Assembly (NCBI GenBank): GCA_965213675.1
Contig: OZ243916.1
Location: forward strand, 2,976,001 to 3,040,000
Direction: 5' to 3'
Length of the DNA: 64,000 nucleotides
From: an uncultured Candidatus Binatia bacterium
GTDB taxonomy: Bacteria; Desulfobacterota; Binatia; UBA9968; JAJDTQ01
The notes under the pieces are model-generated. The model was not told the DNA's origin and made no database searches. It saw nothing but the letters and a program-made list of their open reading frames with translations. The position numbers were made by a program, and so were the translations under genes. Of this stretch, positions 1-8,314 are shown in pieces. Positions within the stretch are counted from its first letter, which is position 1. Each line of letters starts with the position of its first letter.

Positions 1-6
1 GGTGCG

Positions 7-33
7 GGGCCTCTTCGGAGGCCCTTGCTTTTT
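7..33 (+). terminator. GC hairpin with cUUCGg tetraloop followed by T-rich tract (intrinsic terminator-like)
   Basis: GGGCCTC-TTCG-GAGGCCC (7-24) then TTGCTTTTT. Confidence 0.6.
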
Positions 34-45
34 CAGCAGGCCTGC

Positions 46-668
46 ATGCGCACCATCGTCTATGTAGACGGCTTCAATCTCTACTACGGAGCCCTCAAGG
101 GTACGTCATGGAAGTGGCTGGACCTGGTCGCGCTCTTCGAGAAGGTTCTCCAGTCACACCACCAGATCCTCGCGGTCAAGTATTTCACGGCACGGGTTTC
201 GGGAACCGCCCGGGACCCGTCGAAACCACAACGGCAGGATGTCTATCTACGCGCGCTGCAGCGATACCGGCGAGAAGTCGCGGTGTCTTTCGGACATTTC
301 CTCAGTCACGCGGTGAGAGCCCCATTGGTACAGCCGGTTGGGACCTGCGCACTGTGGACGTGATCAGGACCGAGGAAAAGGGCTCCGATGTCAATCTCGC
401 CGTGCATCTCCTCAATGACGGCTGGTTGAGTGCCTACGACTGCGCCATTGTTGTGAGCAATGACAGTGACCTTGCCGAAGCAATGCGCTTGGTGAAACAA
501 CAACAGGGTAAGCGTATCGGGCTGGTCACGCCGGGCACAGGCCGTCCATCCCGGCAGCTTATTGCGCACGCGGACTTCACACGGAATATCCGGTCGAATG
601 CCCTGCGGCGCTCCCAGTTGCCGGATCCAATTCCCGGCACAAACATCCGCAGACCCTCCCGGTGGTAG
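46..668 (+). pseudogene. NYN (LabA/DUF88, PIN-like) domain protein, split by a frameshift near 340
   Basis: Frame 1 gives MRTIVYVDGFNLYYG...YFTARV; frame 3 continues ...EEKGSDVNLA...VVSNDSD. One extra G in GTTGGGAC (338-345) would join them. Confidence 0.8.
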
Positions 669-690
669 GGTGGCTACCCGCCACCCCTAC
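665..690. repeat. GTAG-type REP-like hairpin
   Basis: GTAGGGTGGC...GCCACCCCTAC imperfect palindrome overlapping the NYN stop; similar hairpins near 13051, 14366 and 32450. Confidence 0.45.
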
Positions 691-980
691 GGCAGCACAG
701 AGCGGGCCGACTATCACGGATTTCTCACGCGGGCCGGATGGCGAGAAACTCGTTCAGGCGCTCGCTCACGAGCCTACGCCGGTGTTCTCTTGGGGGCAGT
801 CTTATCGAGCCGAAAGAGGACGTTCTCTTTCGCGAAACCCTTAATCAAGAATTTCGGAATGTAGTGTTGAGGTTTAATCTGCCCGGACATGGCACCACAT
901 CAAGGATGGGAACTTGAGTGCTGGCTGGCGCAGTTCAGTGAGGAGATGGTGAGGGGGCGCCCCGAGACCCCTCGGAAACT

Positions 981-2144
981 TTACCCGTCCAGCTTGAACA
1001 ACCGTTCCGCATTGCCGTGGCGGATGAGCTCCTTGGTCTCTTCGGAGAGGTTCTGGTTTACGGCCAGGAGTTGGACGTCACGGAACTTCATGCTGCCGCC
1101 GGGGTCGTCGTGGGGGTAGTCGGTGGCGAACAGGAAGCGCTCGGGGCCGAGGAACTCGATGGCCTCGGGCAGGGCGGCTTCCTCGGTCTCGATGGTGAAG
1201 TAGAAGTTGTTGCGGAAGTAGTGGCTCGCGGGCTTCTTGTTTTTCTCCAGGAATACTTCGGGGCCGTAGAACGCCCGGTGGCGGCGCAGCTTGGCCTTGA
1301 CCCCGCGCATGACGTCGGCATCGGCGTCCCCGTCGTAGTCCACCGGAGGGCCGTTGAAGGCCGCGTCGAGCCTTTCCACCAGCGGCTTGATGAAGCCCGT
1401 GCCGGCCTCGGTGAAGATGAACTGGAGCCCGGGAAAGTCGTCCAGCAGGCCGCTGGTCACCAGCGACACCAGGCTCACCTGCCCCTCCTGCGGCGCGAAG
1501 AGGTAGAGGCCGTCCTTCTGGAAGTTGGGCAGATTGCTGATGCGGTGGCCGTGCTGGATGTTGTGCAGGAAGATGGGCATTTCCATCTCCTCGGCGCGCG
1601 CGAAGAACGGCCACAGCTCCTTGTGGCTGCCGAGGCTTTCTCCGTAGGGGTGGTCCTGGACCGGGTACACCTTGTCCAGCACCACCGCGCAGAACCCTTC
1701 TTTCCGGGCCCACTCCATCTCGCGGATGGCCGCGGGCACATCCTGGAGTTGCACGATGGCCACGCCGACGAGGCACTCGTGGCGCTCCATCATGCGCAGG
1801 TTGGACAGGTTGTAGGAGCGGGCAATGGCCGACGCCAGCGCCGGCTCGATCATGTACGTCCACCAGCCGGAGAATTGCGGCAGCACGAACTGCCGATCCA
1901 CCCCCAGTACGGGCAACTCGTCGAGCCGCACCTGGAGGTCCACCAGCCCCTTCATCTTGGCGCCGGAGCCGGGCGCGCCTAGCGGCGTTACGCCGGGAAC
2001 CTCGGGCGGCCCGCCCGGAAAGTCGATGTCGGCGAGCAGTCCGTCGTCGCTGTACCGTGGGATCGGCGCCTTGTCCCGGAACTCCTCGGGCATGTCGTCG
2101 AAGGCGTCGTTGGGCATGATATGGGTGTCGCAGTCGATGATCAC
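981..2144 (-). CDS. amidohydrolase family protein (Amidohydro_2)
   Basis: IIDCDTHI metal motif, FTEAG, C-terminal ATDYPHDD. Confidence 0.9.
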   Translation of the reverse strand: MIIDCDTHIMPNDAFDDMPEEFRDKAPIPRYSDDGLLADIDFPGGPPEVPGVTPLGAPGSGAKMKGLVDLQVRLDELPVLGVDRQFVLPQFSGWWTYMIEPALASAIARSYNLSNLRMMERHECLVGVAIVQLQDVPAAIREMEWARKEGFCAVVLDKVYPVQDHPYGESLGSHKELWPFFARAEEMEMPIFLHNIQHGHRISNLPNFQKDGLYLFAPQEGQVSLVSLVTSGLLDDFPGLQFIFTEAGTGFIKPLVERLDAAFNGPPVDYDGDADADVMRGVKAKLRRHRAFYGPEVFLEKNKKPASHYFRNNFYFTIETEEAALPEAIEFLGPERFLFATDYPHDDPGGSMKFRDVQLLAVNQNLSEETKELIRHGNAERLFKLDG

Positions 2145-2307
2145 TGTGGATTCCTCCTGGTCAATGAGTAGCTATTAGCGCCGTTGCGCGGCGTTGGCAA
2201 GTTTGCCGACTCCACGCGAGGAGGAGCCTACGGGTTCGCCCACGCGACCATAACTTGATCCCGCCGTTACCTGTCCTTAACGATCGCATGCCAGGCTTCC
2301 CTCAGGC

Positions 2308-3303
2308 ATGAGAGTCGCGGTCGCCACCGACGCTTGGGAACCACAGGTCAACGGCGTGGTGCGCACGCTGCAGCAGACGGGAGCGCACTTGGCGGAGTTG
2401 GGACACGAACCGCTCTTCGTAACGCCGTCGGACTTCACCACCGTCCCCTGCCCCACCTACCCGTCGATCCGGCTGGCGCTCCTTCCAGGCAAGGGAGTCG
2501 GACGAATCCTGCGGGATTTCGAGCCCGACTCTGTCCACATCGCCACCGAGGGACCCATCGGCCACGCCGTCCGCTCCTTCTGCCGTGGCGCCGGCATCCC
2601 CTTCACCACCTCGTTCCACACCCTGTTCCCCGAGTACCTTCGCGCGCGGGTTCCGTTTCCGGTGACCTGGTCGTACGCCTATCTCCGACGGTATCACGGC
2701 CGCGCCGCCCGCACCTTCGTGGCCACCCGCTCCCTGGCCGAGCACCTCCGGGGGCGTGGCTTCGACAACCTCGCCATCTGGGCCCTCGGCGTCGACACGG
2801 AGATGTTCAAGCCGGGCCCCAAGTCGTTCCTGCCGGGCCCGAGGCCGCTATCCATGTACATGGGGCGCGTGGCCGTGGAAAAGAACATCGCGGCGTTTCT
2901 CGATCTCGACCTGCCCGGGACCAAGTACGTGGTGGGCGACGGGCCCGACCTGAACGGCCTGCGTTCCAGGTACCCGGAGGTCCGGTTCACGGGACAGAAA
3001 CTCGGCGACGAGCTCGCGGCCCACGTGGCCGCCGCCGACGTGTTCGTTTTCCCGAGCCTGACGGATACCTTCGGGCTGGTCATGCTCGAAGCCATGGCCT
3101 GCGGCGTGCCCGTGGCCGCCTTTCCCGTCACCGGACCGTTGGACGTGGTCCGGAACGGTAAGACCGGCGTGCTGGACCGCGACCTGCGCACCGCGGTGCT
3201 CGGCGCCGTGGAGCTGGATCCCGGCGACTGCGTCGCGTACGCCGGGCAACACACATGGCTGGAGTGGACGAAACGGTTCGTTTCGCTACTGGTGCCGGTT
3301 TAA
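2308..3303 (+). CDS. GT4 glycosyltransferase, Agt-like glycolipid synthase
   Basis: TDAWEPQVNGVVRTL, HIATEGP, GRVAVEKN, DTFGLVMLEAMACG. Confidence 0.85.
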   Translation: MRVAVATDAWEPQVNGVVRTLQQTGAHLAELGHEPLFVTPSDFTTVPCPTYPSIRLALLPGKGVGRILRDFEPDSVHIATEGPIGHAVRSFCRGAGIPFTTSFHTLFPEYLRARVPFPVTWSYAYLRRYHGRAARTFVATRSLAEHLRGRGFDNLAIWALGVDTEMFKPGPKSFLPGPRPLSMYMGRVAVEKNIAAFLDLDLPGTKYVVGDGPDLNGLRSRYPEVRFTGQKLGDELAAHVAAADVFVFPSLTDTFGLVMLEAMACGVPVAAFPVTGPLDVVRNGKTGVLDRDLRTAVLGAVELDPGDCVAYAGQHTWLEWTKRFVSLLVPV

Positions 3304-3384
3304 CGACAACGCTGGCCCGCCGGTTGATTCGGTGCGGCAACAACTACCCTGCACGAAACGTCTCCTCGGAAACGGAACGTCACC

Positions 3385-4299
3385 TCAGGAATCGTCACCC
3401 CCCAACGTATGGACCTTCTCCAGCACCGCGTTGCGATGGTGGAGACCGCCGTTATGGGCGATCAACGGTACCGGTTCCAGCGCCGTTCCCGGGTCGCCTT
3501 GCCCGATCCGTTGCGTGTCCTGCCAGTGCAACAACTCCAGGCTCCCGTCGTCATGCTCCACCAGCGCGCTGTTGCTCTCCACCCAGTCCCCGCAGTTGCA
3601 GTAGGTGATGCCGTTCAATGGAATGATCTGGGGCCGGTGGATATGTCCGCAGATGACCCCGTCCACTCCCAGGCGGGCCGCCTCGAACGACACCGCCGCC
3701 TCGAAGTTGCTGATATAGCGCATGGCGTTCTTGACTTTGTGCTTGATGGCGCCGGCCAGGGACCAGTATGGGAGACCGAGCTTGCGGCGGACCAGGTTGA
3801 GCCGGGTGTTGATGCCCAGCAGCAGGTCGTAGGCGTGGCTGCCCAACAGCGCGATGGCCCTGGACGAACGCACCACGCTGTCGAACTGGTCCCCGTGGAT
3901 CACGAGAAAACGCTTGCCGTCGGCCTTGCGGTGGACGATGCGGTCCGCGATGCGGATGTTGCCGAAGGCCATGCCGTTGTAGTCCCGCAGCATCTCGTCA
4001 TGGTTGCCCGGCACGTAGATCACCTTGGTGCCGTATTTGGCCTTGCCGAGGATCGTTCGCAGAATGTTATTGTGGTCCTGGGGCCAGAAGGGCCGCTCTC
4101 GCACGGACCAGATGTCGATGATGTCACCGACCAGATAGAGAAACTCGCATTCCACCGAACGGAGGAAGGCCAGCAGGGACGTGGCGCTGCATCCGCGAAA
4201 TCCCAGGTGGATGTCGGATAGCCACACCGTGCGGTAGAATTGCGCAGCCGTTCCATTCTGATTCGACACGTTGCCACCTCCATTTGCGAGCATGGACAA
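3385..4299 (-). CDS. calcineurin-like metallophosphoesterase (UDP-2,3-diacylglucosamine diphosphatase/PlcP-like phospholipase C)
   Basis: SDIHLG, GDIID, GNHD, HGD, GHIH, NCGDW motifs; start uncertain. Confidence 0.85.
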   Translation of the reverse strand: MSMLANGGGNVSNQNGTAAQFYRTVWLSDIHLGFRGCSATSLLAFLRSVECEFLYLVGDIIDIWSVRERPFWPQDHNNILRTILGKAKYGTKVIYVPGNHDEMLRDYNGMAFGNIRIADRIVHRKADGKRFLVIHGDQFDSVVRSSRAIALLGSHAYDLLLGINTRLNLVRRKLGLPYWSLAGAIKHKVKNAMRYISNFEAAVSFEAARLGVDGVICGHIHRPQIIPLNGITYCNCGDWVESNSALVEHDDGSLELLHWQDTQRIGQGDPGTALEPVPLIAHNGGLHHRNAVLEKVHTLGGDDS

Positions 4300-4496
4300 G
4301 GCTCGGAGATCCGTGTCGTTCGCCCCGGATTCTCCTTGGCAAGGGTATCGTGTCGGTGTGTCGTCACGATGATGGGGTTGCGTCGGAAACGGGAAGTGTT
4401 TGTTGACGTTCTGTTACGCAACGAAGCGGACCAACGCGCCCGGACGGAGTGTCAGGTCGCGGGGCCTGTGCGGGCGGCGGCTCCGATTCCGGCGAC

Positions 4497-4637
4497 TCGT
4501 CCGCCCGCAGGACCGCGCGTCTGGACGCACCAGACCTTGCGTCCGGAGGCGTCGACACGTATGCCGAAGCCAGGCATGTGGCGGTTTCAGACCACGGTAT
4601 CGCCGGATTCGACCGACAGTGCGTCAACGGCGCGAAA
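4497..4637 (-). pseudogene. fragment of a tyrosine-integrase arm-binding domain (DUF4102-like)
   Basis: My minus-strand translation: RAVDALSVESGDTVV*NRHMPGFGIRVDASGRKVWCVQTRGPAG. The TGA (4587-4589) falls where Trp is expected; no catalytic domain follows. Confidence 0.65.
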
Positions 4638-4668
4638 AACATGATACGAATTGACAACGGTCCTCACC

Positions 4669-5385
4669 ATGTGCGGCCGATACACCCAGACGGCGAAGCT
4701 CCAGGACCTCGTAGACCGCTTCGGCATCGACGAGCCGGACTTCGATCCGGCGCCTCGGTATAACCTGGCGCCCAGCCAGGACGCGCCGGTGGTGGGAGTG
4801 AACCCGAAGACGCCGGATACCCGTGCCCTGCGGCTGATGCACTGGGGGCTTGTGCCTTACCACGCCAAGGACGCGGCCAGGCCAATTATCAACGCCCGGT
4901 CGGAAACCCTGGCCCAACGGCCCGCCTTCCGGAGCCTGCTACCGAGGCGCCGCTGTCTGGTGGCGGCCGACGGCTTCTACGAGTGGCGCAAGGAAGGCCG
5001 CGTCCGAACCCCCATGCGCTTCACCCTCAGAAGCGGAGAGCCGTTCGCCTTCGCCGGCCTTTGGGACCGATGGCTCCGGCCCGACGGAACCCCGCTCTAC
5101 TCGTTCACCATCGTCACCACGAGCCCCAACAGCCTCGTTGAGCCGGTGCACAACAGGATGCCCGTCATCCTGCGCCCGGAGGATGAGGCCAGGTGGCTCG
5201 ATCCCGCCATCACCGACTCGGCGGCGCTGTCACCACTGCTCAAACCCTACCCTGCCGAAATGATGGACGGGTACTGCGTCTCGCGGGCCGTCAACTCGCC
5301 CGTGAACGACTCGCCCGAGTGCATCGCGCCGGACGAAGCACCGCTTACCTTGCTACGTAAACCGAGCTTGAAGGCTGATCCATAA
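4669..5385 (+). CDS. SOS response-associated peptidase (SRAP/YedK)
   Basis: N-terminal MCGRY, RYNLAPSQ, INARSET, GFYEW, HNRMPVIL. Confidence 0.93.
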   Translation: MCGRYTQTAKLQDLVDRFGIDEPDFDPAPRYNLAPSQDAPVVGVNPKTPDTRALRLMHWGLVPYHAKDAARPIINARSETLAQRPAFRSLLPRRRCLVAADGFYEWRKEGRVRTPMRFTLRSGEPFAFAGLWDRWLRPDGTPLYSFTIVTTSPNSLVEPVHNRMPVILRPEDEARWLDPAITDSAALSPLLKPYPAEMMDGYCVSRAVNSPVNDSPECIAPDEAPLTLLRKPSLKADP

Positions 5386-5403
5386 AGGTATATTTTCTAT
5401 ACC

Positions 5404-5676
5404 GTGCCAGCATTCGAGTGCGATCAGCGGAAGAGCATACGAAACCTTGGGAAGCACGGGATCGATTTCGTCGCGGCGCAGGCACTTTGGGAGGACCCCG
5501 GGCGCGTCGAAATACCCGCGAGGACCACGGACGAGAAGCGGGTTCTTGTTGTCGGCCGCGTCGGCACCAAGCACTGATCCGCTGTAGTCACTCCCAGAGG
5601 GGATAGTGTTCGCATCATTTCGGTGCGCCGGTCTCGACCGGAGGAGGTAGCCATATATGAGAGCGAAGAAATTTGA
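5404..5676 (+). pseudogene. BrnT-family toxin with internal nonsense codon
   Basis: MPAFECDQRKSIRNLGKHGIDFVAAQALWED...GTKH*SAVVT...RIISVRRSR; TGA at 5575-5577; overlaps the antitoxin start. Confidence 0.8.
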
Positions 5677-5890
5677 TGCCGACTTCGACGCCGGCAAGGA
5701 CATAACCGCCGCTCTCGATTTGCCTGCCGCACGTCGTCCGGCTCGAAAACAACGACGGGTCAACGTGGATTTCCCGGTCTGGATGGTCGAATCCCTGGAC
5801 CGGGAGGCCAGTAGGCTCGGAGTCACTCGCCAATCGATCATCAAGCTCTGGTTGGCGGAGCGGCTGGAGCGGTCGGCCGCGAACGGCTGA
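5657..5890 (+). CDS. BrnA/CopG-family antitoxin
   Basis: MRAKKFDADFDAGKDI...RVNVDFPVWM...LGVTRQSIIKLWL (RHH); GGAGG upstream. Confidence 0.85.
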   Translation: MRAKKFDADFDAGKDITAALDLPAARRPARKQRRVNVDFPVWMVESLDREASRLGVTRQSIIKLWLAERLERSAANG

Positions 5891-5914
5891 AATGGCTGCC
5901 CTGATCCGCCACTG

Positions 5915-5969
5915 GGTCCCGGCCCCGGACCCCGGGTCAGGCCCGGGGAAACTTGATCCGGGGCCGGGA
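5915..5969. repeat. palindromic CCCGG(A/G)TCAAG-type repeat; related copy at 42067-42108
   Basis: TCCCGGCCCCGGA...TCCGGGGCCGGGA inverted repeat. Confidence 0.55.
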
Positions 5970-5982
5970 TGGGGAAAAGAGG

Positions 5983-6327
5983 CTACTTCGCCGCGCAGAC
6001 CATGATTTCCACCTGGGTGCCCGGGGTGAGCGCCACGCCGATGGCGGCCCGGGCCGGGAGGTTGTCCTTGTCGATCCAGGCCATCCAGGCCTCGTTCATC
6101 TCGTCCTTGGCGTCGATGTCGGCGAGATAGACGGTGGACGTGAGGATGCGGGACTTGTTGGTGCCAGCGAGGGCGAGGATCTCGTCGATCTTGGCCAGCA
6201 CCTGCTCGGTCTGGCCCTTCGTGGACAGGGACTTGTCGTCGGCCACCAGGCCGGACAGGTATACACGATCGCCGTGCACCACGGCGCGACTGTTCCAGAC
6301 TTGCGGTTTGATGTGTTCGATGCTCAT
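5983..6327 (-). CDS. RidA/YjgF family protein
   Basis: VYLSGLVA, QTEQVLAKID, MNEAW, PARAAIG, VEIMVCA. Confidence 0.9.
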   Translation of the reverse strand: MSIEHIKPQVWNSRAVVHGDRVYLSGLVADDKSLSTKGQTEQVLAKIDEILALAGTNKSRILTSTVYLADIDAKDEMNEAWMAWIDKDNLPARAAIGVALTPGTQVEIMVCAAK

Positions 6328-6486
6328 CGGAAGACAGCCTCCTTGTGAAGAATTTCCAGGACGCTATGTGTTCGCGCTCGCGATGTCAACGCAGAATGCA
6401 CGGTCCTATTTCACGTCACCTCCTCTAATCATCAGTCCGGGCCAAATTAAATTGCCTTCGAGGCGAATATCTGTCATGATCCCCAT

Positions 6487-7695
6487 ATGATTCACCGTTG
6501 TCGCATAAGCAACTTCCAATCCATCCGCGAAGAAGTGCAGCTTGATTTCCGTATTCCCCGCACCTGCCCCAACCTGCCGCGTTTCCGGCAAGCCCATTCG
6601 GGGAATGGCGTTCGCCTTCCCGGCGTGATCGCCTTCGTAGGGCCCAACGGCTCCGGTAAGACGACATTGCTGCGGGCCATAACCGAGTCCATCGAGTTTG
6701 CACATCGTTCGTTCGATCTGGGTGCGTCCCAAAACATCCCTTACTTCCTCCCGTTTCTTTCTTCGGAGGCGAAGGCCGCTCCAACACGGATTGAAATGGA
6801 CTTCGATGCAGCGTGGTTTTCCGCAGATTCCGGTGAACCGTCCCTCTGCCGGTATGCCCTGGAACTAGAGCGAAACGGTTCCGACCTCAACTCTGTGAGG
6901 GTTTACGCTGAAACGCTCCACACGTTCCCCAACGGGCGCCCTCGGCGAATGATAGAGCGGCGTGGCGACGGCCCGGTCTACGTTGCCAGTGGCCTCGGAA
7001 TACGGCGCGGTGACGACCGCCTCTCGTCCGTGCCTGCCAATGCGTCGGTAATCTCGACTCTCGCGCGTCTGGGGGTGGCTCCGTTCCCTTTGATTGCCGA
7101 GGATCTCGGGAACGTTCAAAGGAATCTCATTGGTTCATCACCTTGGCGACCTGATACCGAAACAGTGACGCGTTTCTACGGGGACCGCCCCGCGTTGCTG
7201 GACAAGCTGTCCGATCGGTTGCAGCGTTTCGATCTCGGGATACAGACCTTGAGGATCGCCGTGTTGCCTGACGGCCAGCCGATACTGCTTTGCGATCATC
7301 ATGGGTTGGACGTGCCCGTCGTCATTTCCCAGGAATCCACAGGTACCCGTCATCTCGTGCATGTGTTCCCCCAGCTCGACTTTGCGCTCCAAACCGGTCA
7401 CGTTGCGATCATGGACGCCCTGGATTCCGAGTTTCATACGGAGTTGGTCGCTGAAGTCTTGCGGTGGTTTCAACGTCCCGAGACCAATCCCCACGGCGCC
7501 CAGTTGATCTGCTCCCTACACAACCAGTCCGTCCTCGAAGAGCTTGAAAAGGAGGAACTCTTCATCGTCGAAAAGGGCCAGGATGGCGCCACCCGGGCGT
7601 ACGGTGCGAAGCAGGTGCACGGCCTCCGCCGGACGGAAGACCTCCACAAGCGATATCGTAGTGGCGTTCTGGGTGGACTTCCCACGTTCGGTTGA
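6487..7695 (+). CDS. RloA-like AAA_21 ABC-type ATPase
   Basis: NFQSI, Walker A GPNGSGKT, ESTGT signature, QLICSLH, C-terminal YRSGVLGGLP. Confidence 0.85.
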   Translation: MIHRCRISNFQSIREEVQLDFRIPRTCPNLPRFRQAHSGNGVRLPGVIAFVGPNGSGKTTLLRAITESIEFAHRSFDLGASQNIPYFLPFLSSEAKAAPTRIEMDFDAAWFSADSGEPSLCRYALELERNGSDLNSVRVYAETLHTFPNGRPRRMIERRGDGPVYVASGLGIRRGDDRLSSVPANASVISTLARLGVAPFPLIAEDLGNVQRNLIGSSPWRPDTETVTRFYGDRPALLDKLSDRLQRFDLGIQTLRIAVLPDGQPILLCDHHGLDVPVVISQESTGTRHLVHVFPQLDFALQTGHVAIMDALDSEFHTELVAEVLRWFQRPETNPHGAQLICSLHNQSVLEELEKEELFIVEKGQDGATRAYGAKQVHGLRRTEDLHKRYRSGVLGGLPTFG

Positions 7696-7698
7696 CGC

Positions 7699-8250
7699 AT
7701 GCCGCGCCCTCCGTCCATTCCCTCCCGCAAGCGCATCTTCGTTGGGACCGAGGGCGAGAGCGAACGGGCATTCGCCGCTTGGTTGCAGCAGTTGTGCAAT
7801 CAACTAAAACAGCCCGTGCACCTCGATATCTCCCTCGGCAGCGGCGGGGACTGCCTTCAGATAGTGGAAGATGCAATCGTCCGCTATCGAGAACGTTCGA
7901 AGCGACATGGCCGGTTTGCCGATGGTTGTGTGCTGCTCGACGCCGACCGCTTGCGTCGAGACCAGCGGCATGGTCGCGATCCCGAACCCGTCGCGTGTAG
8001 CGCAGGCCTACGCCTTGTTTTCCTCAAACCAAGAATCGAAGGGCTGTTGGTCCGTCTTCATCCCCGCTGTGAGAACCGTCAGTTGTCGGCCCGTAGTGTC
8101 GACGTAGAACTTCGCAGGCTATGGCCGGAGTATCGGAAACCTGCCTCGTCCCGCGCTTTGGCAGAGCGGTTCGGTCTGGATGATCTGCGGCGCGTTTGCC
8201 GTCGCGACGAGGGCTTGGCGGCGGTGCTGAAAGTGCTCGGTTTGGCATGA
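7699..8250 (+). CDS. RloB-like TOPRIM protein
   Basis: FVGTEGESE, LLDAD, P.IE..L..LH; starts 3 nt after the ATPase. Confidence 0.75.
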   Translation: MPRPPSIPSRKRIFVGTEGESERAFAAWLQQLCNQLKQPVHLDISLGSGGDCLQIVEDAIVRYRERSKRHGRFADGCVLLDADRLRRDQRHGRDPEPVACSAGLRLVFLKPRIEGLLVRLHPRCENRQLSARSVDVELRRLWPEYRKPASSRALAERFGLDDLRRVCRRDEGLAAVLKVLGLA

Positions 8251-8314
8251 CCCCGGAAGCCTTGGGGACGGGTGTTTGACTCGCACTCGTCGGCCACCCG
8301 GCCGTTGTACTGAA

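Noticed and set aside
2240-4420. Pho boxes upstream of the agt/plcP-like genes
   Set aside because: Only weak half-sites with inconsistent spacing or strand
4587-5577. Two TGA codons at expected Trp positions, suggesting UGA=Trp recoding
   Set aside because: Many intact genes here end in TGA and use TGG for Trp; TGG-to-TGA is a single transition in decaying genes, and no SECIS-like context was evident
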